A DNA stretch of 64,000 nt from Chiloscyllium plagiosum (GCF_004010195.1 NC_057716.1:40403821-40467820), one strand, 5' to 3'. Numbered from the stretch's first letter, positions 26,136 to 40,164 are shown. Notes: a model not told the origin generated them from the letters alone. A program made the numbers and translations.

Positions 26136-27489
26136 AATAAGTCTTCTCCTTCCCATTTCTTCATATCTTTAATAAATCTGTGGCATTTGGAAAACAAATG
26201 TAATATAAACCATCTGAATTCTAAATGTACATCAATCCCAGTGATATTTCAGTTACATAAAGGTTTAAGGAATTAAGGTAACACCCAGTGTAATAAAGAT
26301 TTCATGTTAGGTATTTCATCTGTATGGATTTAGAGGATTTTCAACAGGGAAGAGATTCTGGTGTCACATCAAGCCTCAAGGCTGTTGATTGAGTAAAGAA
26401 AAAAAACAAGCAGAGTTCTCCCGCTCAATCATTTTCCATGACTCATAAATGGGTGTACACATATCAAATGACATAGGACATCAAGCAAGAATTTGGTTGT
26501 GATAACTAGGATGAATAAACCACGCGCTCAATTATCAAGGTCATGTGAAAATGTGTTGTATGTCATCATGGACCAACCTGGAGTCAGTTTCCATACTTGC
26601 CTATGGAATCCAGCTCTCTCACATCTTAACCATTCCATTGCTGATGCTATGTCAAACTACTTGCGTTGTTTTCAGCATTAGATTAACCCCACCTAAGCAC
26701 TGGGAAACTATCAAATAAAAATAATCTCTTTGCACCAATTCCATCCTCCTTCCAAGCCATTTTTTCAACTAAACCAGACTGCCCAAAACCTTGGCAACTC
26801 ATTCAATTGGAAGCTGAATTTGCCACCTTTCATCACCAATATTGCCTGCCTCTATTATTCAACATCCTGCACCTCCCCTCACTTGTTCCACTAGACTTAA
26901 TTATTGCAGCACTTGTTTAATGAGCCCTCCCACCTTTCATCATACAAAACCTTCAGCTCATAGAGTCATAGAGATGTACAGCACAGAAACAGACCCTATG
27001 GTCCAACCTGTCCATACCGACCATCTAAAACTCTACTGTCCATAACATTTTGTAAAAAAGCTTCAGATCACTGCATGAAATATTTCCTTTCTTGTCTCAA
27101 TACCCTTTTCATTAAATATACCTCTACAAGATGCTTTGGGGGATTACAGCAATAAGAATGCCAGCTGTTGTTACTCATTGCAAGAGGTTGCAAGTGTAGC
27201 TGCAGAATGTGATTCAATAATATCTTCTTTGAGAGAGGGTGAAAATATATTTACTTTTAAGCTACATCTTCTTCAGATATAATGCCAGATGTAGATTCAA
27301 ATATTTAATTTCCAGATATCCAACGTAGTTATACGGCTCGAGAGCAAAATGGTTGAAGCCAAAGAAAAAAAAAATGGTAGCTAGGAATTTGAAGAGCCTT
27401 TCCTGAAGATTTACCATTCAAAGCAATAATGCACAGTAGTTTGTGCATACCAATATTTCCAGAGAATTGTGTATCTGTAGGGAGTAGAT

Positions 27490-27950
27490 GCATGGTCGGA
27501 GAGAAGGCCATCTAAGCAATGGAAGTGCCATGGAAGATTGGAGGTGGCAGCACAATGAATCAGTAGCACCAGCGAAGTGGGCCCAGCAACTAAGAGACGG
27601 CACCAAAGGTGGGGCAACTTCTTCGTCAGTGCATCTGGAACCGGCAGCGGTGAGGCAATGGAGGTCTCTCTTTCAGTTATTGGAGGCTGGGTGCCAGCTT
27701 GGACTGGACTGGACTGGAAAGACTTATTCTGAACTTTTTACTTCTTCATTTTTCTAATTTGTTCCTGTGACCTGTAATGCTGGACTTTTTTTTATTTCTT
27801 TGCTTTCCTAATTTTTCTTTCCCTAAGAATTAGTTCTGAAGAATCTGTACCTCAGTACCTTTGTACTTAAGATGGTGCCGTAATTTGGCGACTTGTAAAC
27901 TTTTCACTGTACTCATTTGCGTACATACGACAATAAAGCTAATTCAATGC
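27490..27950 (+). mobile_element. Rex1/Babar-like element fragment
   Basis: GC-richer body and 3' tail TTTTCACTGTACTCATTTGCGTACATACGACAATAAAGCTAATTC. Confidence 0.45.
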
Positions 27951-28879
27951 TTGATAGAGTGCTCTCAGAGAAATGAGCTTTGATTCTGTCTTCTGAACCC
28001 CGAGTGCTTTCAGCATGATCCCTTTTTATTAATATTTTAGAGAAGAGTCATGTCGATCTCACTTCAATCAATCAATCTAAGAATGCTACAGACACATCCT
28101 TAACGTTAATGTGGACACATTTGCGAGCTTGGCAAGCGAGACTGGCTTATTAAGAGGAATATTTTGTTATTTTTCATACCATAAGCAATTTAAAAAATTA
28201 TATCATTTCAGTGAAATTCTATCACTTATTTCTAATAAAATAAACCACTCTGTCAACTTACAATTGACCTCATCACTCTGTGGTAAACAAAAACAGGCAG
28301 GGGAGACAAATCACACATGTGACCATAGAACATGAGGATCATAATAATCAGGTCTTATTGAAAAGGTTTTTGGTCAGTAAGAAGTTATACAAATTGAGTG
28401 CAAAGCATTCTAATTTTTCTTTTGATTATTGAACTATTAGTCATAACTAAGCTTATTAGTATCTAAGTTTGCTATAACAGACTATGTTAAGGTTTGAGGA
28501 TTTTAAACAATTCTGTAATATCAGTGATTATTCTAACATCTTTTCTCGAGGTCTCAAAACCTTACTGCCTACATCTTAACTCACACCAAATCTCGTTCAT
28601 CTAACACCCCAAGCTTGCTGACTTACATTGACTCTCAGTCAAACAACATTTTAAAATTTTAATTGTTGTTTTCACATCCCTCAATGGCCTCTCCCCAAAA
28701 TTTGTAACACAGATGCAGAGCTCTAATAATTAAATCTCTACTGCCAATGGCCACAAGTTCAAGTCTCAGTCTCAGTCATCTGAATTTGTTTACTCTTGCT
28801 TTTCGAACATTACTTTGGAAAACCAGCTCAACCCTTTTTCAAAGCAAAACACATTGCTTAATGTTTATTTTGTGCTATT

Positions 28880-29360
28880 ATTGTGTTATTTATAGAGCAC
28901 TTGTAACATAATAAACCATGCCAAAACACTTCATAGAAGCATTATAAAACAAAATATCCCACTGAGCCACATCAGAGGCTATTGGGACGGATCACAAAAC
29001 ATTTGGACAAAGAAGTAGGTTCTGAGGAGTATCTTTGAGGAGGAAAGCAAAGGCAGAAAGGTAAAAAGGAGGATATTCCAAAACTTAGAGGCTAAGCAGT
29101 TGAAAGTAAAACTACCACTGGTGGGACAATAAAAATCAGAGATACTCAAGAGGCCAGAATTAAATCAATGGAGATACTGAAAGATTGTGGGGCTGGACCA
29201 GATAATTGAGGTAAAAAAAGATATTGTCAATTAAGATATGGGAATCTAGATTTTGGATAACCTTAAGTTTATAGAGTAGAATATGGAGATCAGCCAAGGT
29301 TGGGCTGCAACAGCAGAGTCGAGAGGTAACGAAGGCATTAACTGAGCTTCGCATCAATGG
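28880..29360 (-). mobile_element. L2-like LINE 3' fragment
   Basis: Translation NAFVTSRL....LADL...LYKLKVIQN resembles L2 ORF2 C-terminus. Confidence 0.7.
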
Positions 29361-29660
29361 TAATCAGAAATTGAATGGAATTCCCAGAAATGATTAAACC
29401 AGGAAGTTGTTTGAATATATTTACAAACTCAGTTGCTTTATTTAAATAGATGAAGTGCAATTTTAATTTGATTTCCATATTATATGAAAGCCTAAAAGCA
29501 GTTCATCATTGAACAAACCTTTCAATTATAGAAAATAAATTAATATTATTTTGTCCTCCCTGAAGCTGGAGAGAGATGGTAAGAAAGGGAGTTAAGACAC
29601 CACTGTCAAGGCCTGTCATAGGCTGAGATATTTGCTAAAGCTTCACAAGTTGGTGGCTGA

Positions 29661-30208
29661 TCATAGAGTCATAGAGATGTACAGCATGGAAACAGACCCT
29701 TCGGTCCAACCCATCCATACCAACCAGATATCCCAACCTAATCTAGTCCCACCTACAAGCACCCGGCCCATATCCCTCCAAACCCTTCCTATTCATATAC
29801 CCATCCAAATGCCTCTTAAATGTCGCAATTGTACCACCTCCACCACTTCCTCTGGCAGCTCATTCCATACCCGTACCACCCTCTGTGAAAAAGTTGCCCT
29901 TTGGTCTCTTTTATATCTTTCCCCTCTCACCCTAAACCTATGCCCTCTAGTTCCGGACTCCCTGACCACAGGGAAAAGACTTTGTCTATTTACCCTATCC
30001 ATGCCCCTCATGATTTTGTAAACCTCTATAAGGTCACCCCTCAGTCTCCGATGCTCCAGGGAAAACAGTCCCAGCCTGTTCAGCCTCTCCCTATCACTCA
30101 AATCCTCTAACCCTGGCAACATCCTTGTAAATCTTTTCTGAACCCTTTCAAGTTTCACAACATCTTTCCAATAGGAAGACGACCAGAATTGCACGCAATA
30201 TTCCAATA
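29661..30208 (-). mobile_element. CR1 LINE 3' end, relatively young
   Basis: LEYCVQFWS...LERVQKRFTRMLPGL...RRLRGDLIEVYKIM; tail (CTCTATGA)2. Confidence 0.93.
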
Positions 30209-31139
30209 GTAGCGGTAGGAGTGGCAAGTAAATTGATACTTAACATGCTAACTCCCATATGAAAGGGGAAAATTGCACTCCTAATATTAATCAGTAAGTA
30301 GGTAACTTTTTGTATCACAGTCACACAAACATGACACCTTTTCAATTCTATTCCTTTAACTTGGTAAGAAGCAGTTTTCCCTGGCAAGATTGTTTAACTC
30401 GTTGAAACATGTAAATATTTTATACACAAGAATATTAGGTTTCACCAAATATTTTTGGACAGACAGTAAAGCCTTATCCTAATAACGAATATCATGACAA
30501 TTTCACTCCGAAGCTGAATGGATCATCCATAAAGAAAATTAACCTACTGCTGGCAAAATAGGAAAATACATTTCCCGTTTGAACATTGAGTATGTGCGAA
30601 TAAGATCAAACTAGTTACTAGCTAACATTACCTTTCTGAGTATTCAAACCTGGACAGTCAATAGTAAGACTGAAAAAGAATTAGTTATGGGTGGGGCAAC
30701 CGGTTTTGATTAGTCCTCCAGGTAGTTGGCAAGCAGTTTTAAAACAATTCCTGGAGAGAGTTTTGTATCACACTGGAGGATTGATGAATGGCAATACAAA
30801 GCAGACTGGTCATGGTTTCTCTTCTGTAGTTTCCCTATGTCTGATGATCATGCATAGTGCACAAAGAAGGAGAAAAGATAAATGTTCCATAAATATTTCT
30901 TTCCTCCTGTGCTCAAAATGGAACAGGTTCAAAATTTGTGGGTGGAAAAGTCTCTCCATTCAGATAAATAAAAGCACTGACATTAAACCAAATCTAGCAG
31001 GCAATAACCCACAGACCAAACTGACCCCAATATGGCACTAAATGCACAAGAACTAGCAACCCTGTTCAGAGGTTTTAGGATTGCTGCTGTGTAAACTGGA
31101 AATATCATTTGAGAATTAAAGTATGATTGTTTACTGTTA

Positions 31140-32230
31140 CAATTAAGGCAAGTTGTCAAACAGTAACATTTGCACTACTCAAGCGCCAGATAATGACCAT
31201 TTCCAACCAGAGATAATCCAACCATCTTCCTGAGGTTCAGAGACATTAGCATTACTGAATTCCCCCAATAACAAATCCTAGGGTTACATTGACCAGAAAC
31301 TGGACTGGACTAACCATACGAATACTGTGGCTATGAATGCAGATCAGAGACTCGCGATTCTGCAAGGAGCAACTCCCTGAAGTCTGTGTATCACCTCCAA
31401 GCCACAGGTCAGGAGTGTAATAAAATACCACTTTCCTGGAGGAGTGCAGCTTCAACAACATTTATGAAACTCAACACCATTCAAGATAAAGCCACCAGAT
31501 TGGCATACTATTCACCATCTTCAACATTCACTCTTTCTACCACCAATGTGCAGTAACAGCATTGTGCACCATCATTTACAAGTTAGATTGTAGCAACTCA
31601 CCACAATTCCTTCAACAGCACCACCCAAACCCACAACTTTTACCACTGAGAAAGTCAGCAGTGGGAGGTGCATGTGAACATCACTACCCACAAGATCTCC
31701 TCCAATTCATACCATTCTGAACTGGAAGTGGTGTATTATTGGAAGTGATGTAATTTACTTGCCACTTCAGACACTTGCATGACATTGCAATAAAAAGTCA
31801 CTTGCCTTGCCTTCAGTAACACCCTGTTGACTGGAATTGGTGTTTGCAGTCAGCTACATGTGTGCGTTGCACTGTGGCATCACAAGACACAGAACCGGGA
31901 CTGTGGGCAAGTCTAAGATATTGTTGCCATATAAATAACAAGGGTTGCTAATACCTTCAATAATTCTGTCTCAACAAGAATCTACACTTTGTGACATATA
32001 TGTTACGTGGGCTAACACAGAAAAAACCTCATCAGGAACTGTATATCCATTAATGTAGCATCACTGGGTCAAAATCATGGACCTTCCTTTCCAAAAGCAC
32101 TGTGAATGTATCTACACTTCATGGACTGTACTAGATGTGCAAAAAGGCAGATCGCCACCACTTTCTCAAGGGCATTTAATGATGGGCGATAAATGCTGGC
32201 CCAGCCAGTGATACCCACATTCTACAAACA
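31140..32230 (+). mobile_element. Old CR1/L2-group LINE 3' region with an internal insertion (about 31730-32055)
   Basis: Degenerate LGVT.D..L.W and QVRS..EY-like motifs; 3' end ATAAATGCTGGCCCAGCCAGTGATACCCACATTC. Confidence 0.55.
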
Positions 32231-32834
32231 AATTAATAAAAAGCAAAACAAGTTTTAATGTGTACCAAACTTGGTCTCTGCATAATGTATAGCAATCACT
32301 GTTGATAAAGAATCTAAAAATGAAATGGTAAGCTCACTTGTGCACACACAGATCATCATTATTTTAAAACTGGCAAAAATGTGAAGGTCCAGTGGAAACC
32401 ACAGTTTCACAAGGCCACAAAGGCTTGAAAATAGATTGAGCATTTTTTTCTAAATGCAGCATGGTACAAGATAGCTGTTAAAAAATAACCAGCATCATTT
32501 TAAATTTCAAACAAATTTCTAAATTAAGTAGTGGAAAAAGCCTAAGTGTTATTTTGAAAGATAGTTCCAGAACATTGCCTTGTACTAAAACTTTGCATTG
32601 GCCACTTTACAAATTCCTATCTTTATGCAGTAGCTCTACAGTTGTTAAGGAAACCTATTAAGCAGCAGTTCTTCTGCGTCAGAACTAATATCAGTAACAA
32701 TCCGTAACTGTACAAGCAGATGCTATAAATGTACTTATTTTTACCTGGTAACTCACAAAACTAATGAGGTAATAGAATACAAAGGACTGGAGTGAAAATA
32801 CTACTATACATTCTTCATCAGAAAATATACCTAC

Positions 32835-32891
32835 CTTCTGCACCCAGGGACAGGTCATCCTCAAAACTACAGCCATTCTTTGTACCTGCAC
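32835..32891 (-). CDS. ITPRID2: Coding exon 4 (GAGTKNGCSFEDDLSLGAE), 57 nt
   Basis: ttcaacag|GTGCAG...GAAG|gtaggt; phase 1 to 1; SFEDDLSLGAE family motif. Confidence 0.92.
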
Positions 32892-33147
32892 CTGTTGAAA
32901 CATTTACAAAATTATGCATACCCTACATTCCTCAAATGCCTTTATATCAACATTATGCTTTGCAAGTTATATTTTTAAGCTGTGACTCTAATTTACTTGC
33001 CACTTCAGACACTTGCATGACATTGCATTAAAAGAAAGAAAACCCATAAAAACAAAAAATAAAAAAATTAATGAAATCATACCTCTAAAATAAATCACCT
33101 TTTCTACCAATTCAAACAACATCCATTGGTAAAAAAATCAAATTTAC

Positions 33148-33197
33148 CTTTTAAGGGCAGTTGGCTTTGTTCTTCCAAAGATGCCCCTAATGGTGGT
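33148..33197 (-). CDS. ITPRID2: Coding exon 3 (PPLGASLEEQSQLPLK), 50 nt
   Basis: tttacag|ACCACC...AAAAG|gtaaat; phase 2 to 1. Confidence 0.9.
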
Positions 33198-34666
33198 CTG
33201 TAAACGTACAATAAATATTTGATAAAGAAACTTATGTTTTACGAAATATGCTTGCAAATAAGCAAAAAGACAAAAATGTAAGAGAACAATCACCATATCA
33301 ACAGCTTTTATTTCTCATTAAAAAACAGGCTCCGAAGAAGACAAGAACTTAGGATAAGTAGAAAATTGGCTAAATGAAGCTCTTGTTAGCAGAGGGTTTT
33401 TTGACATGCCATAATGTCGCTACCAACTACAACACAACAATCTGCTTACACTATTACAACTGTCCCAAACTTCTAAAATATTTCACTGAATGGCTTTCAG
33501 CCAGCTTGAGGTCATGAAAAGTCTTGTGGTCTGCCTTTTCTTTCAAAGCAAACAAGCAATGAAAAGCTGCTGAATACTGGAATGCTTCTGTGTGGTGTAT
33601 GCACTACACCTGATCAGAGGAAAATACAGGAGCCTCTTCTCACACACAATTTTAATAGAAGAAAGAAAGAATTGTTACAATATTTTGAGAGCAACAAAAA
33701 CACACTGGCCGAGATCTTACGATTGGAAGAAAAATCATTGCTGAAGCATAGAATGAGTTGTGAATCGGAACCGTGTGGATGTCCAGGGGCAGCAGTAAGT
33801 CTAAATGTCTGATGGGCAATTTAACCATGACTAGAACCATTGGAGTTGGAAATTTCAGACTGTTCCCACTCACTAGTTATTATCTACTGGGTTTGGCAGC
33901 AGCCTGACGCCAAATGGAAGCAGAAAACAGCTAGAGTAAAGTGAGGATAATTTGTCACAAACCTGATTGGGTGCATTTTTAGGAGGAACATGTAAATCGG
34001 TATTGATGGGGCTGATCTGAGAGACTGAGAATAAAATGCTGACCAGAAAAACACTTGTTTGGACTCTCTCTTAATGATGTTTTAAATTCTAGTTTTATCC
34101 TTGCTTGGCTTAATAGTTAACCAGGAAATGTTAGAGGAATTACACCTTGATCCAATTCCTAGGTTACTATTAAACTGAACACCCACCATATGCTACCAAA
34201 AACTGACCCACTCTCTCTCAACTACAGCCCATCCTGCTTTATCAGAGATATTCAAAACCCCACAAACCCCATGACTCTCTTCATACATCCCCCTGGCACC
34301 TGAACACCACATTTCCTCCCAACATGACCCCCAATTTCCAGTGGACCTGACCCTGCTCCTTGTGGCTCGCATCTTCCTGACCTGATTGAATCCCCTAATC
34401 TACATGACCATGCACAGCAAAACCCACCGGCGTCCAGCCTTAATTTCCCCACCCAGCCTACAATAAACCCTCAGAAATCTACCTGCCACAGTCCCCATCT
34501 ACCATTCCCACATCCGCCTGGCAACCAACTATCTCACCCACCAGCAGTCATTTCATGGCATCCTACCACTGGGCAATCTACCTTCTCCCTACAACACATT
34601 CCTTCTCTTTGTCTCTGTCAAGGCTTTGGGACCTTTAAACTATGGAATAGGGCATCACCTGCAGAA

Positions 34667-34873
34667 CAGGTCTTTCTGCTATAACACACGTTTCGTTAAC
34701 ACAAATTCACTACAACACGATTGATGAAATGAGGGCATTGTTTCTTTTAATGTGTGTATTCATTATAATACAATTCTAGCTCCATTAGTTTAAATGGTGC
34801 TGCTATTATGTGATTTTCTTATAACACTGGATTGCATGAGAATGGGCCTACCATGTTAAGGCAGAAACGACTG
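34667..34873. mobile_element. Tc1/mariner (Tigger-like) MITE
   Basis: Imperfect TIRs CAGGTCTTTCTGCTATAACA / TGTTAAGGCAGAAACGACTG, TA on the right flank, internal TATAAC repeats. Confidence 0.55.
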
Positions 34874-35689
34874 TATAACACGGTATAGTTGCTGACTGCT
34901 GATCCGCTGACCTGCTTCAGAGGCTCAGCCAATAGAAATCCTATAAAAAGGGGAAATCTGTCTAATCTGGGTAAGAAATAAGGATGCTGACCAGGAATTG
35001 GATGCTGACCCAGAATGGCAGATTCAGGTCAAATGTATTGCAGCCATGCCCTTGCAAAGAGCATGTTTTCCTGCAATAAAGGCAGGGTTACTTGAAATCA
35101 CCTTCATTCCCTACAAAAGTTTCTTGGATACAATAGATAATCCTTGTTAGAAACCATGTAAACTAGTCATATTTCATGCAATATTTAATAGGTATTTCTT
35201 TGCTAAACTCTTTGGATTCTCTTGCACAATTAAGAAAAACATCAGATTATCTTATAGCAATTACACAATTTTTCACCATATTATTTCCAAAACATCCACA
35301 CAATTTTTAGAAAGATAGTACATTTTTACTAAATCATCTTATTTCATCCTGTCAACTGTTGCTCTTTAAATGCTCACATTGCTGGATGAGTATATTTTAA
35401 ATTTTGTTTGCATTCGCTGTCCTACAACTTAACGAATTCAACCAAAAAATAATTGCTATTTGGGTAACCAAAGTACACAAACGAAATGGCTTATATTCAA
35501 AAAGTATTCTGTTTTTGGCAAGGCTATGAAATGCAAAAATTAATTTGTACTATCTTGTTAATCTAAGTGTAACAAAATCTTTTGGAGAAGGGTAAAAGGG
35601 AAATGCCTTATACTGCAGTACTTTTCATCTTTCTGTTGCCTCCTATCAAAATACATAAAATTTTACTCCAGTTTATTTTCCCAGAAAAA

Positions 35690-36090
35690 AAACTTGCATT
35701 TGTATAGCATCTCTTATTCACAAAAGTAGAACATATGGAAGTTAATATGCACAAAGCAGTGTCTCACAAACAACAACAACAAACAAACTGAGTAGTTATT
35801 CAGTATTAAATTGCTCATGATGGGGGGGGGGGGGGGGGGAGATAAATATTGACTAATAAACCTGGAGAACTTTCTTGCCCACGATTGAGATGTGCCAGGA
35901 GTGCTTGATTTCTGCCTCAGAGGACAGTTGGGCCTGTTATGTCAAATGACTTAAAGCAACACCTTTGCCATTGCAGCACTTTCCCAATACTGTCCTAAAA
36001 TGTCTACCTATGTTTTGTACACAAATGTCTGGAGAGAGACTTGAACTGGCATTCTGACTTAGAGGCAAAGTTCTACCACAGAGACCAAGT
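35690..36090 (-). mobile_element. DeuSINE (SacSINE1-like), degenerate; contains a G-run at 35822-35839
   Basis: Minus-strand tRNA-like head (CAGTTCAAGTCTC) and L2-like tail (GCTATACAAATGCAAGTT). Confidence 0.5.
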
Positions 36091-36797
36091 GATTCGATTG
36101 CTAATTGGCAAAAGTTTTATGGAAAACAGCAGCTAAGCGCCAACAGTTCTTTGTGTTTCCAAATGACTCAACGGAGACATAAAGCAGATTACCATAACTC
36201 TTTCATCTTCTACAAATGCACTGACCCGAATTTTGATTAAACGCCTTGAAACATGAACAACATTGAACATGGAATAGTTCTAAAATGAATAAACTACTGC
36301 TAAAAAAACTTTGGTTTTGTGAAACACAAGTTTTTACATAGAGTTTTATCATTTTAACAGAAAATTGTTCTCATTTTGATCTTAAATAAACTTAGAGTGC
36401 AACTGTGCATTATCTACCAAGTTAGTGCTATTCCTGAAACAGTAGTTTTCTCTTACAGCATAGATTTTTTATTATATACAAAAATCACTTTACTATGTAT
36501 TTCCAAAATCATACAAGAGAAAAGTTCCATTAATGATTTGATTATCAGTTTCATTAAGTAACGTTTTTCTTCTGAGCTCCTCCTACAGAGACTTCTCTCC
36601 AGATCTTCCCACGATCATGTTCTCACAGAAATGTTCTCTGGTGTGCTGTGCGCAGTGTCACACAACAATTATGTACCCTAATTTTCTCTAAGTGTGTCAT
36701 AAAGTTAAATTTGTACAACATGATTACTGCTGTAAAAATACTTAGCCAAACTAAATTTTTATTCAAAATAAAGCAAATCTTAAACATGAAAATGTGC

Positions 36798-37596
36798 TGT
36801 AGAGGTCAAGGACATTCAGTCTCAGATCTTTGGGTGACTGTCCTCCACAGGAGACTTCGGGATACACAACAACCCACAGTGGCTGAGCGGAAGCTGGTAG
36901 CCAAGCTCAGTAACTGCAAGGATGGCCTCAAATGGGATCTTGGGTTCATGTCATACTACAGGTGACCCCACCACACCACAACACACACACTCTCATATAT
37001 GCATGCACGCACACACCCACTCTGTCCACCTCTCCCCCATATACTCTCTCATTCGCACACACACATACACAAACATATATATACACACATAAGTCTATGG
37101 GATGAATTTGTATTTGCAAATTTGTATTTGCAGATACATTCTATTTGGTTCAAAAAGCACACAATCTGGAGGCAGTCAGTTCATGTGATAATTTATAAAT
37201 TCTTGCTTTGGAAATAGATCCAATCTGACCCGAGGACCCAATAGATCCAATCTAACCTCACACCTTTAATGCATTGTCTGAGCTGAGATGTCACCTTTTT
37301 TTAAATATACTGATAACACCTTAAGTTATCTCGGGACAGTGACTTGAAAGAACTCTGGGATTTACATATTCATGAATCGAAACCTGCATCCCCATTCTAA
37401 GTGATTAAAGACTGAACATCAGTCTAGTTTGTTCAATGTATCACATCAGTTGTATAACACTGTGATCTTTTGCTATAAATTCTGTGTCCTATGATCCTGC
37501 CCCACTAGCTACCTGACGAAGGGACAGTGCTCCAAAAGCTTGTACTTTCAAACAAACCTGTTGGACTATAAACTGGTGTTGTGTGGCTTTTAACTG
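36798..37596 (+). mobile_element. Penelope-like element 3' part (GIY-YIG C-terminus, CA-rich tract, pLTR with decayed hammerhead at 37513-37541)
   Basis: VTVL....DTQQ..VAERKLVAK....DGL..DLGFMSYYR; 11-bp flanks TGAAAATRTGC (36787-36797, 37597-37607). Confidence 0.82.
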
Positions 37597-37959
37597 TGAA
37601 AATATGCATAATAAATGGCATGGAAATTTCAATTACTTGACAATTTTTGCAGCAAGTCAGTACTATTTCAACTAACTTTCATGTAGATGAAATGCTAATG
37701 TCCGCACTCACCTGTAGCCATGCAATGTCACCAGCAGGCACCACTCCCATTGGTATCATCCTCTGGTTGGTGGCAAATATGCCACCTGCTGGTCAAGGAC
37801 CTCTTTCATGGGCAGGCCCAGTGATGGAATTTAATGGAAGTTGGAACTGCTAAACTCACTGCAAATGTCCTACCTCACAAATGCATAATTTGAGGAAGAC
37901 AACTTGAATAATGCACCATGCAACTTCCAAGAAAATAATAACCAACAGATGAGTTAACT

Positions 37960-38228
37960 GAAACATTGGACATTAGGGCCAGACCATTCAGGTGAGATGT
38001 TAGGAAGCATTTCTATACATAAAAGGATGGTAGGATGTATGGAAATCTCCAAACATCCAGTAAATGTTGGATCTGTTGTTAATTTTAAATCTTAAAGATA
38101 GATAAACTTTTTGAAGCAAAGGGATATGGTCAAAAGGCAGGTATATGGAGTTCGGCCTCATATCAGCCATGATCTCACTAAATAGCAGAGAGGGGACAGA
38201 ATGGCCTACTCCTGTTCCTATGGGATTC
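37960..38228 (+). mobile_element. Old CR1 3' end
   Basis: TCAGCCATGATCTC...GAATGGCCTACTCCTGTTCCTATG tail. Confidence 0.65.
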
Positions 38229-40115
38229 CTGTGTGATATTACAATGACAAGAACGTTCAAGAATTCTTTTCAAGTGAAAATAAACTCTGGGCATTCAATT
38301 TAAGTTTTTAACAACATTTAGTAGGATTTAGTTTAGATTTGCAGAAGCCTCTGTATATGAGACAATCAAATCTTAAGCTTCTGAAGATCAGATGGTCACT
38401 GACTTCGAAGTCGAGATCTTAACTGGACAATGCAAGTCTCAGTCACTGGTCAGGGACCGGGGAAGAAACCCTTGTCAATGTGGCCCACAGGAATCAGAAC
38501 CACCTTCGGGCCTTTGCTGTGACTGTGATCCCAGGCAGCCATTCAGTGGCAAGCTGCCCATGAGAGTTGTGGCTGATGGCTAAACTCAACCCTTCTAAAT
38601 TGGAAGAGGACCCAGGACAGTGGCTACTAACCATGTAATGCCGATTCCTATTGCAAGTAGCAAGGTGCCTATACCTGGGGAGATTGTTGGCACTATCCAC
38701 GGGTTTTGCTAGATGGCCTTCTCGATATCTCTGGGTAATCCCGGAGCCATTTAATTGTAGTGGGCTGAGGAATAATGAGTGATAATAGGCTCTCTCATGA
38801 GCCTAATTAATCCCAGTGCTACTGGTTAGCAATCCCACATCAGTCTCTGGAAATTTTATCACTGTCAGGAAACTGGTCGGGCTCCTCCCACAATCACCCA
38901 GGCCCAGTAGGCATGGTTCTTACAGTGACAAGCTTTATAAAATTCCAGCCCATAACGTCGTAAATTTACATCCATTTTATACACAAAGGTTGACTTACTT
39001 CGTTAGATAGAAGAGGAGTCCCAAATGGACAAAAGGTTCAAGTTTGCAAGTCGATTGTAGTAATTCACAAAGAATATTAATAGCTACTATGAAGAATTCC
39101 ATACGGAAGATATTTCAACCTTGCTTTCTGGAAGAGCAAAATCCCTGACAGCGGGTAGACTGGAATAAATATTAGGCTGCATAAAAAGTGAATGCAAGTG
39201 GGGAATATGCTGACTGTTTTTGATAAAACACCTGAGGATTTAGTTTTCAAATCTTATTAAGTTGCCACTTGTGAATTTTTGGCATGGATCACCTAACTTG
39301 GAGAATCCCACTGAATATGTTGTTGAGGGGTGTTTCTGTGCATCTTCGAGCTGTTCCACATGAAAATTATGGAGGAAGGGGATGAGAACTAGATCCTTCA
39401 CTGTTGACTAAGCCGCAGCTTTCCAGGCCAATACACCATAGGCAGGATACACTGGATTCACAAATCCATCACAACACTTCCATAGAATTCCACAAATCAA
39501 GAGGAACCTAAGCCAGGCAGATTTTGTGGATTGTTTCCTATGCAACCACTTGAGGATACTCTGTATTAATGACTTCAGTAACCTTTAGGGTCTTCGAATC
39601 GCACCAATAACATCAGTTTTGAAGAAAAACTAGTAAATTCTTTAAAGTATGAAACATTTGGTACTTACCTTAGACCCACTTTTCCCTGAAGAAAAATTCT
39701 GCACTAAAACATGCCTCGAATGCTTAAAGGAAACTAAACACAACTGTAGCTCTGTTATGAAGAGACCAATTGTAGAAGCAAATCACGTGATCTTACAGTT
39801 CCTCTGAACTATTCTAAACTCCTCAGGGTAGAACCGCATATTATACTTGATTCCAGCCAACTGCCTTGACTTGAAAACTTATTTATTTATTGCCGAACAG
39901 TCTTTGCACAATAATCTAAAAGCGGTTCACAAAAATAGAAATGCATTTGTGCCAAAAAAAAAGTATTAATTGTTTGGTGTACATTCATGTTTAAATTTAG
40001 ATTATTTGACACAGTAATGAAAAAATTCCAGTGCAATAAAATTGAACTTAGTGAATTCTTATGGACATTTAGCATATTTTCTAAAAAGCATGCTTCTCCA
40101 ACAGAAACAACTTAC

Positions 40116-40164
40116 CCACAATCTTGAAGCCAAATTTCAATCTTCTTATTTGATATGCCATTTT
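40116..40164 (-). CDS. ITPRID2: Coding exon 2 (ENGISNKKIEIWLQDCG), 49 nt
   Basis: ttgacag|AAAATG...TGTGG|gtaagt; phase 1 to 2; conserved KI.xWL.DC motif. Confidence 0.9.

Noticed and set aside
35822-35839. Poly-G run as a functional G-quadruplex
   Set aside because: Simple homopolymer inside a decayed SINE; length is error-prone and there is no supporting evidence
38380-38955. GC-richer patches (also 21640-22260, 34180-34620) as exons or CpG islands
   Set aside because: No coherent splice or ORF signal and CpG-poor; they look like old DNA-transposon remnants I cannot assign
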